Assembly: GCA_963849455.1 (NCBI GenBank)
Contig: CAWKHE010000002.1
Span: 1,488,011 to 1,552,010 of the forward strand
Source: an uncultured Solirubrobacterales bacterium
Lineage (GTDB): Bacteria; Actinomycetota; Thermoleophilia; Solirubrobacterales; Solirubrobacteraceae
DNA length: 64,000 nucleotides
Direction of reading: 5' to 3'
Shown: piece by piece, positions 52,357 through 62,163 of the stretch
Position numbering within the stretch: position 1 is the stretch's first letter
Layout of the letters: every line of letters begins with the position of its first letter
Translations under genes and position numbers: made by a program
Notes under the pieces: model-generated
What the model saw: the letters and a program-made list of their open reading frames with translations, nothing else
Told to the model about the DNA's origin: nothing
The model's database searches: none

Positions 52357-54873
52357 CTAGAACTCGCGCCTAGAGATGGAGCTTCAGCGCCGGAGCGGAG
52401 AACGACGGATACGGGGACAGCTGGGACAGCTGCGCCGGCCGCGTCGAGCTCAGGGCGGAGATCGTCGAGCCGCCGCTTGAACGTTTTCAGGCGCAGGCGA
52501 CGAGGGCTGAACGCGTTGGCGCCCAGCGCGGGAACGTGGACCTCGGAGAACTGAGCCAGGTAGCTGGCCGGGAGCCGGTTGGTGCTGAACCAGCCGGCCC
52601 CGCCGCCCGGGGCGGGCAAAGCCGCTGGTGCCGAAGTAGCGGTTTCCGATACGCATGAAGGTGTGGGTCGGGTTGTAGAAGATCGTCACCCGCCCGGGAC
52701 CACGGGGGAAGCCCCAGCTGCCGATGTTCCCCGATACCGAGGTCGGCACCTTGTAGCCGGCCTGCTGGAGGACGTAGGACACCGAGCCTGAGCAGTCAAA
52801 GGGCGCGAATCGAGCCGGCTGCTCGTGACCGCCTCCCCATACATATGGGAAGTTGGCCGCGCTGACCATGTTGGCCGACGCGACCAGTCGGACATAGTGC
52901 GAGAGGAAGCCGCCGCGGAAGCGCAACGGTGGGGCGCTTGGGCTGATAGGTCGCGAAGTAGACCGAGACCACACCGCGGCGCACCGACTTGCGCTCGGGC
53001 CGGATGTTGGCGGCGATCGCCCGCGCGCGGGACATGACCATGTCCACGTACCAGCTGGCGTGGTTATAGGCGTAGACCGCACCCCAGATGTCCTGGCGGC
53101 GCCGGCGGCGGCCAGGTAGCGGGCGGCCGAGAAGATCGCGTCCCGAGGGTCATACGGGTTCGGCGACGTTGTGGCCGTCGGCGGCCACGCCCCACTCGCG
53201 CCAAGTGGCGGGCTCGAACTGCATCCAGCCGATCGCCCCCGCCGATGAGGTGTTGAGGTTGCGCCCGTAATCGCTCTCGACGGCGTTGATCGCCGCCAGG
53301 ACCTCCCACGGCACTCCGTAGCGGCGCCCGGCCTCCATGTAGATCGGGATCAGAAAGCCGGGGGGGAATCGCCGTTGGCGAGCAGATTGGACAGGTTGCC
53401 GACGACACCGGCCAGCGCGGGGTCCTCGGTCACGGTCCCGGTCCACGGCCTTGGGACCGTAGAAGCCAGGAGGGTTTGCGTTCAGCGTGGGCACGCCGAC
53501 GGCTGTAGCTGCTGGTGCCGGAGAGTCTGGTCGGCGGCTGCTGGTTGAGCCCCCCAAGGACCGGAGCTCCGCCCGCACCCGGGCGGGGGTGGCCGGCCGG
53601 GCGCGAGTGTGCATGCCCGTTCCCATGCCGATGGGAGGAGGGCTCGGGACGGGAACGGTTCACGCGCGGCGGCGTGGTGCTCCCGGGTTCCACGCTCGGC
53701 AGTCCGGTCGGAGCGGCGGGCGCGAGATTCGCGGGCGGCGTCGTCGGCGGGGTCGTCGCGGTCGGCTGTGAAGAAGGGACGGTGCTTCCGGCGGCCACAC
53801 CGCCCGAGGCACCCACCTCAGTGGCCCCGGTGGGGTTGACGGCCGGGGTGGTGGGCGCCGCCGGCGGTGCCGGGGTCGTGGCGGGAGTCGGTGTAGTCGG
53901 AGAACCGGGCTGGTTGGCCGAGGCGGTGGCGGGGCCGGCCCCGGTCGCGGCGTTGGCCCCACTGGCCGCGTTGGCAGTGCCGGCGCTGGCGGCGGCCGGC
54001 TGCGCGGCCGTCGTCGAGGTCACGGCCGGAGCGCCGGGCCGGGTGAGTCGGGACGCGCCGGTCGTCGACGGTGCGAGGCCTTCGCCGTGGTGCTTGGCAG
54101 CGGGTGCGCTCGGTGCCGCGGGGTGGGCCGCTGCTGGTTGGCGGTCGGCGTGGAGCTAGGCGGCGCCGGGGCCTTGGCAGTCGCCGTGACCTTGGCGGTC
54201 GCCGTGACTTGGCGGTCGCCGTGGCCTTGGCGGTGGCCGCCTGGGCGGTGCCGCCTTGGCGGCCGGGGCCGTTGCGGTGCTTGGCGTCGGCGCGCCGGCG
54301 GTCGCCTTCTGGGCGTGCCAGCTGGTCCTGGGCGAGCCGCAGCTGGTCGGTGATCCGCTCCTGAGTGCCCGAGGCGTGCAGCACCGGGGCCGCCGAGGCG
54401 GCCGCGGCCAGTGCCGGAGTCGAGGTGGCGGTCACCGCGACGGCGGTGGCCACGGCGACGGCCTGGCGGATCTGGGCCCGGCGCGGTACGCGTCAGTGAC
54501 GTCGGCCGGAATCAGCTGAAGTGCGGCCGGCCCCGGACAGCGCGAGACTCGGGCACGGGCAGGATCACCGTCTCGGTAAGCGACGGCCCCGGCGCCGAGC
54601 TCGAACAGCGCCCCGGTGCGTTCGACGGCCGACAGCGGGCACGCGTGAACAGGGCGCGCCACAGGGTCTGCGTCGACCCGCCGGCCAGCAGCCGGCGCTC
54701 GGTGCGGCAGGCCGCGCCTGGAAACGAAGCGGGGCGCCGGGGCCGGCGTAGATGGCGAGCTCGGCAGCCGCCGGAGCGCTCTGATCCGGCGCCACGCGGG
54801 CCAGGACCTGCATGACGGCCACGTGGTCTCCCACGCGCGCGTAATCAAAGCGCTCGAGAGTCAGGCTGAGCAT
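52357..54873 (-). CDS. Large cell-wall hydrolase: unknown N-domain, signal/anchor, coiled coil, Pro/Ala/Thr linker, lytic transglycosylase, NlpC/P60-like domain; many frameshifts, may be two genes
   Basis: YGVPWEVLAAINAVESDYG..SSAGAIGWMQFEPATW, AYNHA (SLT); YVWGGGH..FDCSGSVSYVL..THTFM (NlpC/P60). Confidence 0.75.
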
Positions 54874-54903
54874 CGGCTCCGCCCGGCACCGGCGTGAGTG
54901 CTT

Positions 54904-55291
54904 TCAGACCGCGACACCGGTCACCTCCCCGGGGTCATCTCGGCACATGCGCGCTCGATGGCCGCCAACAGCGCCTCGAACGGGCTCCACTTCGGGATAA
55001 CCGGCAGGGCGACCAGGCCCGGTGTGCGGATCGCCGCTGACGGCGACGATGCCGACCGGACGGTCAGAGCAGCCCAGACGGGCGGCTTCACGGGCGGCCG
55101 CGGTCAGCGATGCGCTGGCGTCGATCACGACCACGTCGGCGCCGTCCCGGACGGCGGCCGCCGCCAGATCCTCCCCGCGCGCACATACGGAGACGGTGTA
55201 CCCCGGCGGGTGAGCAGAGTGCCGGCGAGCGCGCGAAAGCGGCGGTCGTCGGCGACGAGCAGGACTCGTCGGCCGGGGCTCGGTTCGACAT
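54904..55291 (-). CDS. Single-domain receiver (CheY-like) protein, frameshifted
   Basis: RVLLVADDRRFR..LTRR, GYTV, DVVVIDAS, GIVAVSG, PKWSPFEALLAAI across frames. Confidence 0.65.
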
Positions 55292-55393
55292 TCGCGCATG
55301 TGAAGGATGTCGCCCCGTGGCGGTGGGTTCCCGACCCCACCAACGTCTAGCTCCAGCTACCGGTTTGTGTTACAGGTATTGTCGGCCCGCACG

Positions 55394-55425
55394 CTGGTTC
55401 CCACTTAGGTCTAGGTGGGAACTAG
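55394..55425. promoter_or_regulatory. 32-bp near-perfect palindrome upstream of flp
   Basis: CTGGTTCCCACTTAG-gt-CTAGGTGGGAACTAG (13 of 15 arm positions complementary). Confidence 0.6.
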
Positions 55426-55592
55426 CCGTTCGTCTCTGGTGGGGACGTACGCTGGAATTCCGATCACTCTGCCATGGCGGACAACAACTCCTCAACCAGC
55501 ACCGGTCTCAAGTCTTGCCGGTGGCCCAGCGTCCGCCCCATGAGCGTAAACCCGGGCAACCGGCATGACAGAAGGGGAGGAGGTGAATAGAT

Positions 55593-55775
55593 ATGTTGAA
55601 CAGCCTTTTCGACCTCGTCACCATTTTCACGGCCCGCCTGCGCCGTGAGGAGGGTCAGACGATGGCGGAGTACGGCATCCTGATCGCGGTCATCGCTCTC
55701 ATTGTCGTTCTCGCCGCGGTTACCCTCGGCGGAAGCATCTCCAGCCTCTTCAATAGCACTTCCGGCAAGCTCTAA
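55593..55775 (+). CDS. flp: Flp family type IVb/Tad pilin
   Basis: EEG|QTMAEYGILIAVIA processing/Flp motif; GGAGGT RBS; 60 aa. Confidence 0.95.
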   Translation: MLNSLFDLVTIFTARLRREEGQTMAEYGILIAVIALIVVLAAVTLGGSISSLFNSTSGKL

Positions 55776-55801
55776 GCCGGAATCGGTAATAAACATCGAG
55801 A

Positions 55802-55845
55802 AGCGCTCGTCACGAAGTCCGCTCACTGGGCTTCGGACGGGCGCT
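55802..55845 (+). terminator. Long hairpin after flp
   Basis: AGCGCTCGTC-a-CGAAGTCC loop GGGCTTCG-GACGGGCGCT. Confidence 0.65.
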
Positions 55846-55943
55846 CTCGTCGTTAAACAGCCGGGCGTCTTGCCGGCGCGAGACTCCTCGACCACCAGCT
55901 CAACCTCGGGACCTCGTCAAAGGCTCTGAGTCCCGCGCGTACT

Positions 55944-56008
55944 ACTAGCGGAACGCTCAGGAGCCCACCACTAGACGTTGGTCTAGGCCCAACTAGCGGT
56001 TCTCTCAG
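55944..56008. promoter_or_regulatory. Three ACTAG-N8-(C/T)(T/C)AG boxes upstream of tadE
   Basis: ACTAGCGGAACGCTCAG 55944, ACTAGACGTTGGTCTAG 55970, ACTAGCGGTTCTCTCAG 55992. Confidence 0.6.
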
Positions 56009-56078
56009 TCCAGACCCAGACCTAGGACTTCGATACGGAAAGCAAGCGGTCTTACCGCCGCGCAAAACAGGAACGGCA

Positions 56079-56615
56079 ATGTCGATATGCATCCACGCCC
56101 AAAACACTCTGCTACGGCTGAGTCGCCGGCTCCGGCAGGAGCGGGGCGTCGTGCTGGTCGAGTTCGCAATCGTCCTGCCCGTCCTGATCATGATCATCCT
56201 CGGCATCCTGTACTTCGGGCGCTACGAGAACTACGCCAACCAGGAGACGCAGCTGGCCGAGACGGGCGTGCGCTACGCCGCCGTCAACTACCAGCCCAGC
56301 GGCACCGGCTGCTCGGCGAATCTCCAGGCCTACATCAAGTGTCAGGCCACCAGCGAGCTGCAGAACGGCAGCTCCGATGTGACAAGTGCGCTGAAGGTGT
56401 ACGTCTACCAGCCTTCGGGCTACACCTACGCCACCGGCCAGGCGGTCCGTGTGTGTGTCCTCAGCACCGTTGTCTTCCCCTCACCTATCGGTACCCCGTC
56501 GGCGACGATCGCGCAGTCAGCCACGATGCGCATCGAGCAGGTGGGATCCGGCGCCACTTTCCCCTACACAAGCACCAACCCGACGACCACATTGCCTTCG
56601 CAATGTCCGAGCTGA
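56079..56615 (+). CDS. tadE: TadE/TadG-like pseudopilin
   Basis: ERG|VVLVEFAIVLPVL, GVRYAAV; four Cys in the C-domain. Confidence 0.9.
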   Translation: MSICIHAQNTLLRLSRRLRQERGVVLVEFAIVLPVLIMIILGILYFGRYENYANQETQLAETGVRYAAVNYQPSGTGCSANLQAYIKCQATSELQNGSSDVTSALKVYVYQPSGYTYATGQAVRVCVLSTVVFPSPIGTPSATIAQSATMRIEQVGSGATFPYTSTNPTTTLPSQCPS

Positions 56616-56631
56616 GCCCAAGGAGTCACCC

Positions 56632-57507
56632 GTGAAAATGTCACAGAGAAGGATGGCCCGGCCGAGTCTGGGCGGGATGCTGGCCACGCGCCAGGGCGCC
56701 CTGCTGCTCGCCGTGCTGTGCGCGGTCTGCGCCGCGGGGATCCTGCTGTTCGCGCTGGGCCAGTATCGCACCGGCCTGAAGACCCCGACCGTTCAGGCCA
56801 CGGCCCTCGTGGCCACGGCCGAGATCCCCAAGGGGACCTCGGGCGACGTGGTTGCCGCGCGCAGCCTCTACAAGTCGACCCCGATCGTTGCCGCCCAGTT
56901 GCAGCCGGGCGCCATCAGCGACGCGTCGATGCTGGCGGGGAAGGTCGCTTCCACCGACATTCTTCCCGGTCAGCAGCTGACCGTGGCCGACTTCGCTGGC
57001 GTGAGCGGCGTTACCGGCCTGCTGACCCCCAGCCAGCGTGCGGTGGCGATCTCGATCGCTGAGTCCCCGGGTGCCACCGATGTCCTGGAGCCGGGCGATC
57101 GCGTCGATGTGTACGCGATGTTCGGCACTGGCTCGATGATTCTGATGGGTCAGAACATCCAGGTGATCAAGCAGTCCGGCGGAACGGTCACGACTCCCAA
57201 CGGCCAGGCGTCATCCGCGCCGGCCGGGGCCACTGCCACCACCCCGGCCGCGAGTTCAAGCACTTCTGCCAGCTCAGGCGCCGCACCGGCATCCGCCGCT
57301 TCGGCCTCTGTGACCGGCAGTTCGATGGTGCTTGCCGTGTCGGACAAGCAGGCCTCTGACTTCGTCTACGCGGCTCAGAAGGCCCAGCTGTATCTGACTC
57401 TCCGTCCGGCGAACGCGTCGGGCCGGGCCCGCATCTTCACCAGCCCGACCGACGTCGCCCGCGACGCCATCGCGTATTCCAACCCCACCCTCAACGGAGG
57501 CCACTAA
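56632..57507 (+). CDS. cpaB: Flp pilus assembly protein CpaB/RcpC (SAF domain)
   Basis: TM, LVATAEIPKGT, DILPGQQL, RAVAISI..LEPGDRVDVY, LYLTLRP; AAGGAG RBS. Confidence 0.88.
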   Translation: MKMSQRRMARPSLGGMLATRQGALLLAVLCAVCAAGILLFALGQYRTGLKTPTVQATALVATAEIPKGTSGDVVAARSLYKSTPIVAAQLQPGAISDASMLAGKVASTDILPGQQLTVADFAGVSGVTGLLTPSQRAVAISIAESPGATDVLEPGDRVDVYAMFGTGSMILMGQNIQVIKQSGGTVTTPNGQASSAPAGATATTPAASSSTSASSGAAPASAASASVTGSSMVLAVSDKQASDFVYAAQKAQLYLTLRPANASGRARIFTSPTDVARDAIAYSNPTLNGGH

Positions 57508-58772
57508 TGAGTGAAGAAATTCAGGTGCTGGTTGCCCTCGACGGGGAGGTTGACCGCGGTCTGGTCGAGACCCTCGTCGCGCGCGATCCCAACATCAACG
57601 TGCTCGACTACCTCGAGCTCGACGGACCCACGGCCAGCGGTCTCGGTTCGGGCGATGCCCTCATCGTGGCCGTGGCGGACTACACCGCCGAGGCTCGCGA
57701 CTTCGTCGTCAAGGCGCACCGCCAGCACAACAACCGGCCGATCGTGCTGCTGTGCCCCAGCGGCAGTGGCGGCTACCTGCACGAGGTGTTCTCCAACGGT
57801 GTTGACGACATCGTGGCCCTGCCTACCGATCCCGGCGTGAGCGTCGATCCGGCCCTCTCGCGACAGCTCGCCTTCGCGTTGGAGAAGTCGGTCATTCGCC
57901 GGCGCGGAACGGTGGACACCAAGGCGGAGACGGTCCGCAACGTGATCTGCGTCCTGGGCCTCAAGGGCGGCAGCGGCAAGACCCTGACCTCGGTCAACCT
58001 GGCCGTATCACTCGCCGACGCCGGCCACAGCGTGGCCATCCTGGATCTGGATCTCCAGTTCGGGGACGTCGCCCTGTCCATGGGCCTGACTCCGATGCGC
58101 ACCATCTATGACCTGGTTCGCTCGGGTGGTTCGCTCGATGCCGACAAGCTCGAGGACTTCCTGATGGAACACCCGTCGGGTGCCCGTGCGCTGCTGGCGC
58201 CAGTGCGGCCCGATCAGGCGGCGATGATCACCGTGCCGTTCCTGTCGGAGGTTCAGCGCCTCCTCGGGGAGATGTTCGAGTTCCTGATCATCGACACGTC
58301 GCCCAGCTTCGGTCCCGAGGTGATCAGCCTGATCGACGCCTCGACTGACGTCTGCGTTGTCGCCATGCGCGACACGCTGTCGCTCAAGAACACCAAGCTC
58401 GGCCTGGAGACGCTCGAGCGGATGGAATACGACCGGCGGCGGGTCAAGATCCTGCTCAACCGGGCCAACACCAACGTCGGTATCGAGCGCGAGGACGTGC
58501 TGGCCATCCTCGGCCGCGACGTCGACATCCTCGTCCCCAGCAGTCGCGAGATCACCAAGTCAGTCAACCAGGGTCAGCCGATCGCCCTGCAGCGCGGTAC
58601 GGAGGCGGCCAAGGCCTACCGGGCGCTGGCCAGCCTCTACATCGAAGAGGCGCGTCAGCGCAGCGCAAACGAGGGCATGGCTCCGGTGATCGAGCTGCCC
58701 ACGGGGGCAGCTGAACCGGCCGCACCCCAGGGTGGTCGTCAGTCCATCTTCCGCCGGAAGCGGAGTGCCTGA
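57507..58772 (+). CDS. cpaE: CpaE/TadZ: degenerate receiver plus MinD/ParA-like ATPase
   Basis: KGGSGKT, LDLDLQFGD, IIDT, LLNR. Confidence 0.9.
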   Translation: MSEEIQVLVALDGEVDRGLVETLVARDPNINVLDYLELDGPTASGLGSGDALIVAVADYTAEARDFVVKAHRQHNNRPIVLLCPSGSGGYLHEVFSNGVDDIVALPTDPGVSVDPALSRQLAFALEKSVIRRRGTVDTKAETVRNVICVLGLKGGSGKTLTSVNLAVSLADAGHSVAILDLDLQFGDVALSMGLTPMRTIYDLVRSGGSLDADKLEDFLMEHPSGARALLAPVRPDQAAMITVPFLSEVQRLLGEMFEFLIIDTSPSFGPEVISLIDASTDVCVVAMRDTLSLKNTKLGLETLERMEYDRRRVKILLNRANTNVGIEREDVLAILGRDVDILVPSSREITKSVNQGQPIALQRGTEAAKAYRALASLYIEEARQRSANEGMAPVIELPTGAAEPAAPQGGRQSIFRRKRSA

Positions 58773-60121
58773 TGCAACTTCACGAACGCCTCTCTCACGG
58801 CCAGGAGGAGGAGAAGCAGAATCGCTTCGCCGTGCCCTTCTCCGAGATGAAGACTCGGATCCACCTCAAGCTCATCGAGGACCTGGGCCGGCAGCTGTTC
58901 AACACGCAGCTCGACCAGGCCACCCTGCGCAACCGGGTTCAGGAGGAGCTTCACGAGCGCTTGGGTCAGGAGCCGGGCGTCTCCCGCGAGGATCGCGAAC
59001 GGATCGCTGTCGAGCTCACTGCCGACATCCTTGGCCACGGGCCGCTCGAGCGCCTGCTCGAAGACGACACGGTCTCGGAAATCATGTGCAACGGTCCCTA
59101 TGACATCTGGGTTGAGCGGGCGGGGCGTCTCCACAAGACGCCGGTCCGCTTCACCGACGACGGCCACCTGATGCGCATCATCAGCAAGATGGTGGCCCAG
59201 GTCGGACGCCGCATCGACGAGTCCTCACCGATGGTCGACGCACGCCTGCCCGACGGCAGCCGTGTGAACGCCACGATCCCGCCCCTGTCGCTGAGCGGGC
59301 CGCTGCTCACCATCCGTAAGTTCGGCAAGCACAAGCTCAACATGGACGGGCTGATCAAGAAGGGCGCGATGACCGAGGACACCGCCGAGTTGCTCTCCAA
59401 GTGTGTGCTGGCCCGGCTGAACATTCTCATCTCCGGCGGTACCGGCTCAGGTAAGACGACGATGCTCAACGCGCTGTCGTCGTTCATCCCCGACTCCGAG
59501 CGGATCATCACCATTGAGGACGCGGCCGAGCTCAACCTCAACCAGCGCCACGTGCTCAGACTCGAGTCGCGCCCCAAGAACATCGAGGGCGAGGGCGAGA
59601 TCGCGATTCGCGATCTGGTCAAGAACTCCCTGCGTATGCGGCCCGACCGGGTGGTCATCGGCGAGTGTCGTGGACCCGAGGCGCTGGACATGCTCCAGGC
59701 CATGAACACCGGCCACGACGGCTCCCTGTCGACCTTGCATGCCAACACCCCGCGCGATGCTCTGGCTCGTCTGGAGACGATGGTGCTGATGGCCGGGTAT
59801 GACCTGCCGCTGCGAGCCATCCGGGAGCAGATCGCCTCGGCGGTCGACCTGATGATTCAGATCGAGCGGATGAGTGACGGATCCCGTCGCGTGGTCGCGA
59901 TCACCGAGGTCCAGCGGATGGAGGCCGATGTCATCACCCTCCAGGACCTCTACACCTTCGAGATCGACGCCATCGCCCAGACCAACCACATCGTCGGTTC
60001 ACTGAAGTCAACTGGGCTGCGACCCGGCTTCCTGGACAAATTCGCGCACCGCGGCATCGAGCCGCCGCGAGACATGGCCGGCCGGCCTCCGATGGCGTTG
60101 GCCGCAAACGGTCGTGCCTGA
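58772..60121 (+). CDS. cpaF: CpaF/TadA pilus assembly ATPase
   Basis: DARLPDGSRVNA, GGTGSGKTT, TIEDAAEL, LRMRPDR, AMNTGHDGS. Confidence 0.96.
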   Translation: MQLHERLSHGQEEEKQNRFAVPFSEMKTRIHLKLIEDLGRQLFNTQLDQATLRNRVQEELHERLGQEPGVSREDRERIAVELTADILGHGPLERLLEDDTVSEIMCNGPYDIWVERAGRLHKTPVRFTDDGHLMRIISKMVAQVGRRIDESSPMVDARLPDGSRVNATIPPLSLSGPLLTIRKFGKHKLNMDGLIKKGAMTEDTAELLSKCVLARLNILISGGTGSGKTTMLNALSSFIPDSERIITIEDAAELNLNQRHVLRLESRPKNIEGEGEIAIRDLVKNSLRMRPDRVVIGECRGPEALDMLQAMNTGHDGSLSTLHANTPRDALARLETMVLMAGYDLPLRAIREQIASAVDLMIQIERMSDGSRRVVAITEVQRMEADVITLQDLYTFEIDAIAQTNHIVGSLKSTGLRPGFLDKFAHRGIEPPRDMAGRPPMALAANGRA

Positions 60122-62156
60122 ACGCCATCCCGTTTCCCGCCGTCGGCTGGCCGTCGCCCTGGGCGCGTGCCTGGCGATCCTGTGCGCGCTGCCGGGCCTG
60201 GCCGCGTCGGGCGCCAAGGCTGCTCCCCTGAACGGCTGGCTGGGCAACGGGACCAAGTTCCCGGATCGCGCGCTCGTCGTGGTCCCACCGGCGGGCACGA
60301 AGGTCAGCTCGGCCACGGTTCACGTGACCGAGAACGGAACGCCGGTGAGCGGGTTGTCGGTGGTCCCGACGACGAGCGCAGCTCCCGGCGACTTCGGCCT
60401 CATGGTCGTGGCCGATCAGAGCACGAGCATGAAGGGTGGATCCCTCAGCGCGGTGCTCTCGGCCACCCGCAGCCTGGTCTCCCTCCGCAGCGCCGGACAG
60501 GAGTTCGGGGTCATCGGTTTCAGCCAACGGCCGAGTCTCCTCGCGCCTCTCAGCGCTGACACCGCGGCCATCCAGCACACGCTTTCCGCCCTCCCGGCCA
60601 CGGCCAACGGGACCAACGTGCCCAGTGCCATCCAGCTGGCCCTCCGCACGCTGGATGGAGCTCATGTGGCGCTCGGTGCGATCGTCGTGGTCTCCAACGG
60701 CGTCGGGGACCTGGCTCCCGGCTCTCCGACGCCAACGTCGGTGGCCAACGCCGCGGCTGCTGCCCACGTCCCGATCTTCACCGTCGGCCTCCAGGACAGG
60801 GCGTCCTCGGCTGGCTCCCTGGCGGCGCTTCACAAGGCCGCCCCGGGCCAGTTCTTGCAGACGCCTCCCTCGCGTTTGCCGGCGATGCTGAAGGCGATCG
60901 ACGGGATCGTCACCCACGGCTACGTCGTCCGCTGGCGCTCGGCGCTGCGCGCCGGGCAGACGGCCAACGTCGCCGCCCACGTCGACGGTACACCGGGTTC
61001 GCTCGCCCTCAGCTACCAGGCGCCTGCCGCCCCGGCCGCGGCTGCGCCGTCCCACGCTTCGGCCTCGAAGCCGCTGTCGGTCCCGACGACCCCGGCTGGC
61101 CAGCTCTCCCCGACCCCCGGTTTCGCCGTTGCCCACCCCGCCACGCCGGCATCGGCCGCCGCCGGCCCCTCGTCGGCTGCCGCGGCGCCGGTCTCGTTCT
61201 GGAGCAGCGCTGCCGCCACGCCGGTGATCGCCGCTCTGGTCGGCCTTCTGGTGGCTATCGCGGTCGCGCTTGCCCTCTACCGGCCTTCCCAGCGCGCAGT
61301 GCGCGTGCGCGTCGGCAGCTACGTCCCGATGGTCGTCGAGCAGGACGAGGATACGCTCAGCTTGTCTCAGACGCCGAGCAAGAGCATCGTCCATCGCCTG
61401 GAGAGCAGTGATCGCTGGAAGACGTTTGCTCTTGACGTGGACGTGGCCCAGAGCAAGCACACTCCGATCGACCTCGTCAAGCGATCCGCTGCAATCGGGC
61501 TCGTTTTGACGGTCCTCGTCGCCGTCATCAGCGGTTCGACCCTGCTCGGCTTCGTGCCCCTGCTCGGCTGGCCGATCGCCCTGCGCAAGCTGACGGCCCG
61601 TAACGCCCTCAAGCAGCGCGAGAAGTTCCGCGAGACGCTCCCCGGTTATCTGCAGGATCTGGCCAGCGCCATGCGCGTCGGCCGCAGCTTCATCGGCGCC
61701 ATGACCGTGGTGGCCGAGAGCGCCGAGGAGCCGACCAAGACCGAGCTGTCCGCCGTGATCGCCGACGAGTCGCTCGGCCTTCCGCTCGAGGAGGCCCTGG
61801 AGAGGGTGGCGAAACGGATGGAAGCGCCTGACCTCGACCAGATCGCGCTGATTGCCGCGCTGAACCGGCGCTCGGGATCAAACGTGGCCGAGGCCCTGGA
61901 CCGCGTGTCCGAGGGCGCGCGGGAGCGCGCCGACCTCAAGCGCGAGGTCAAGGCCCTGACGGCTCAGGCCAAGATGTCCAGCTGGGTGCTGACGGCGCTG
62001 CCCGGGGTCCTGCTCGTCGGTCTGATGCTGATCTCCCCGATCTACGCGCATCCCCTGTTTCACACCACGATGGGCGTGGTCCTGCTGGGCGTGGGCGCCA
62101 CCATGTGCTACGCCGGTTGGAAGGCCATGAAAAAGATCACCGACGTGAAGGTCTGA
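60114..62156 (+). CDS. tadB: TadB with N-terminal signal peptide and vWA domain
   Basis: DQSTSM MIDAS motif, VVVSNG, PIFTVGL; Pro/Ala linker; TM; T2SSF-type C-domain (LASAMRVGRS..GSNVAEALD). Confidence 0.88.
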   Translation: MPERHPVSRRRLAVALGACLAILCALPGLAASGAKAAPLNGWLGNGTKFPDRALVVVPPAGTKVSSATVHVTENGTPVSGLSVVPTTSAAPGDFGLMVVADQSTSMKGGSLSAVLSATRSLVSLRSAGQEFGVIGFSQRPSLLAPLSADTAAIQHTLSALPATANGTNVPSAIQLALRTLDGAHVALGAIVVVSNGVGDLAPGSPTPTSVANAAAAAHVPIFTVGLQDRASSAGSLAALHKAAPGQFLQTPPSRLPAMLKAIDGIVTHGYVVRWRSALRAGQTANVAAHVDGTPGSLALSYQAPAAPAAAAPSHASASKPLSVPTTPAGQLSPTPGFAVAHPATPASAAAGPSSAAAAPVSFWSSAAATPVIAALVGLLVAIAVALALYRPSQRAVRVRVGSYVPMVVEQDEDTLSLSQTPSKSIVHRLESSDRWKTFALDVDVAQSKHTPIDLVKRSAAIGLVLTVLVAVISGSTLLGFVPLLGWPIALRKLTARNALKQREKFRETLPGYLQDLASAMRVGRSFIGAMTVVAESAEEPTKTELSAVIADESLGLPLEEALERVAKRMEAPDLDQIALIAALNRRSGSNVAEALDRVSEGARERADLKREVKALTAQAKMSSWVLTALPGVLLVGLMLISPIYAHPLFHTTMGVVLLGVGATMCYAGWKAMKKITDVKV

Positions 62157-62163
62157 GAGAGCC

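Noticed and set aside
12390-54500. Programmed ribosomal frameshifting as the explanation for the split genes
   Set aside because: The breaks are numerous, occur in unrelated genes, and lack consistent slippery sequences or stimulatory structures.
59934-61460. 508-aa minus-strand ORF and many similar long antisense or alternate-frame ORFs
   Set aside because: Shadow ORFs of high-GC coding sequence, Arg/Gly/Pro-rich, with no motifs, lying opposite well-supported genes.
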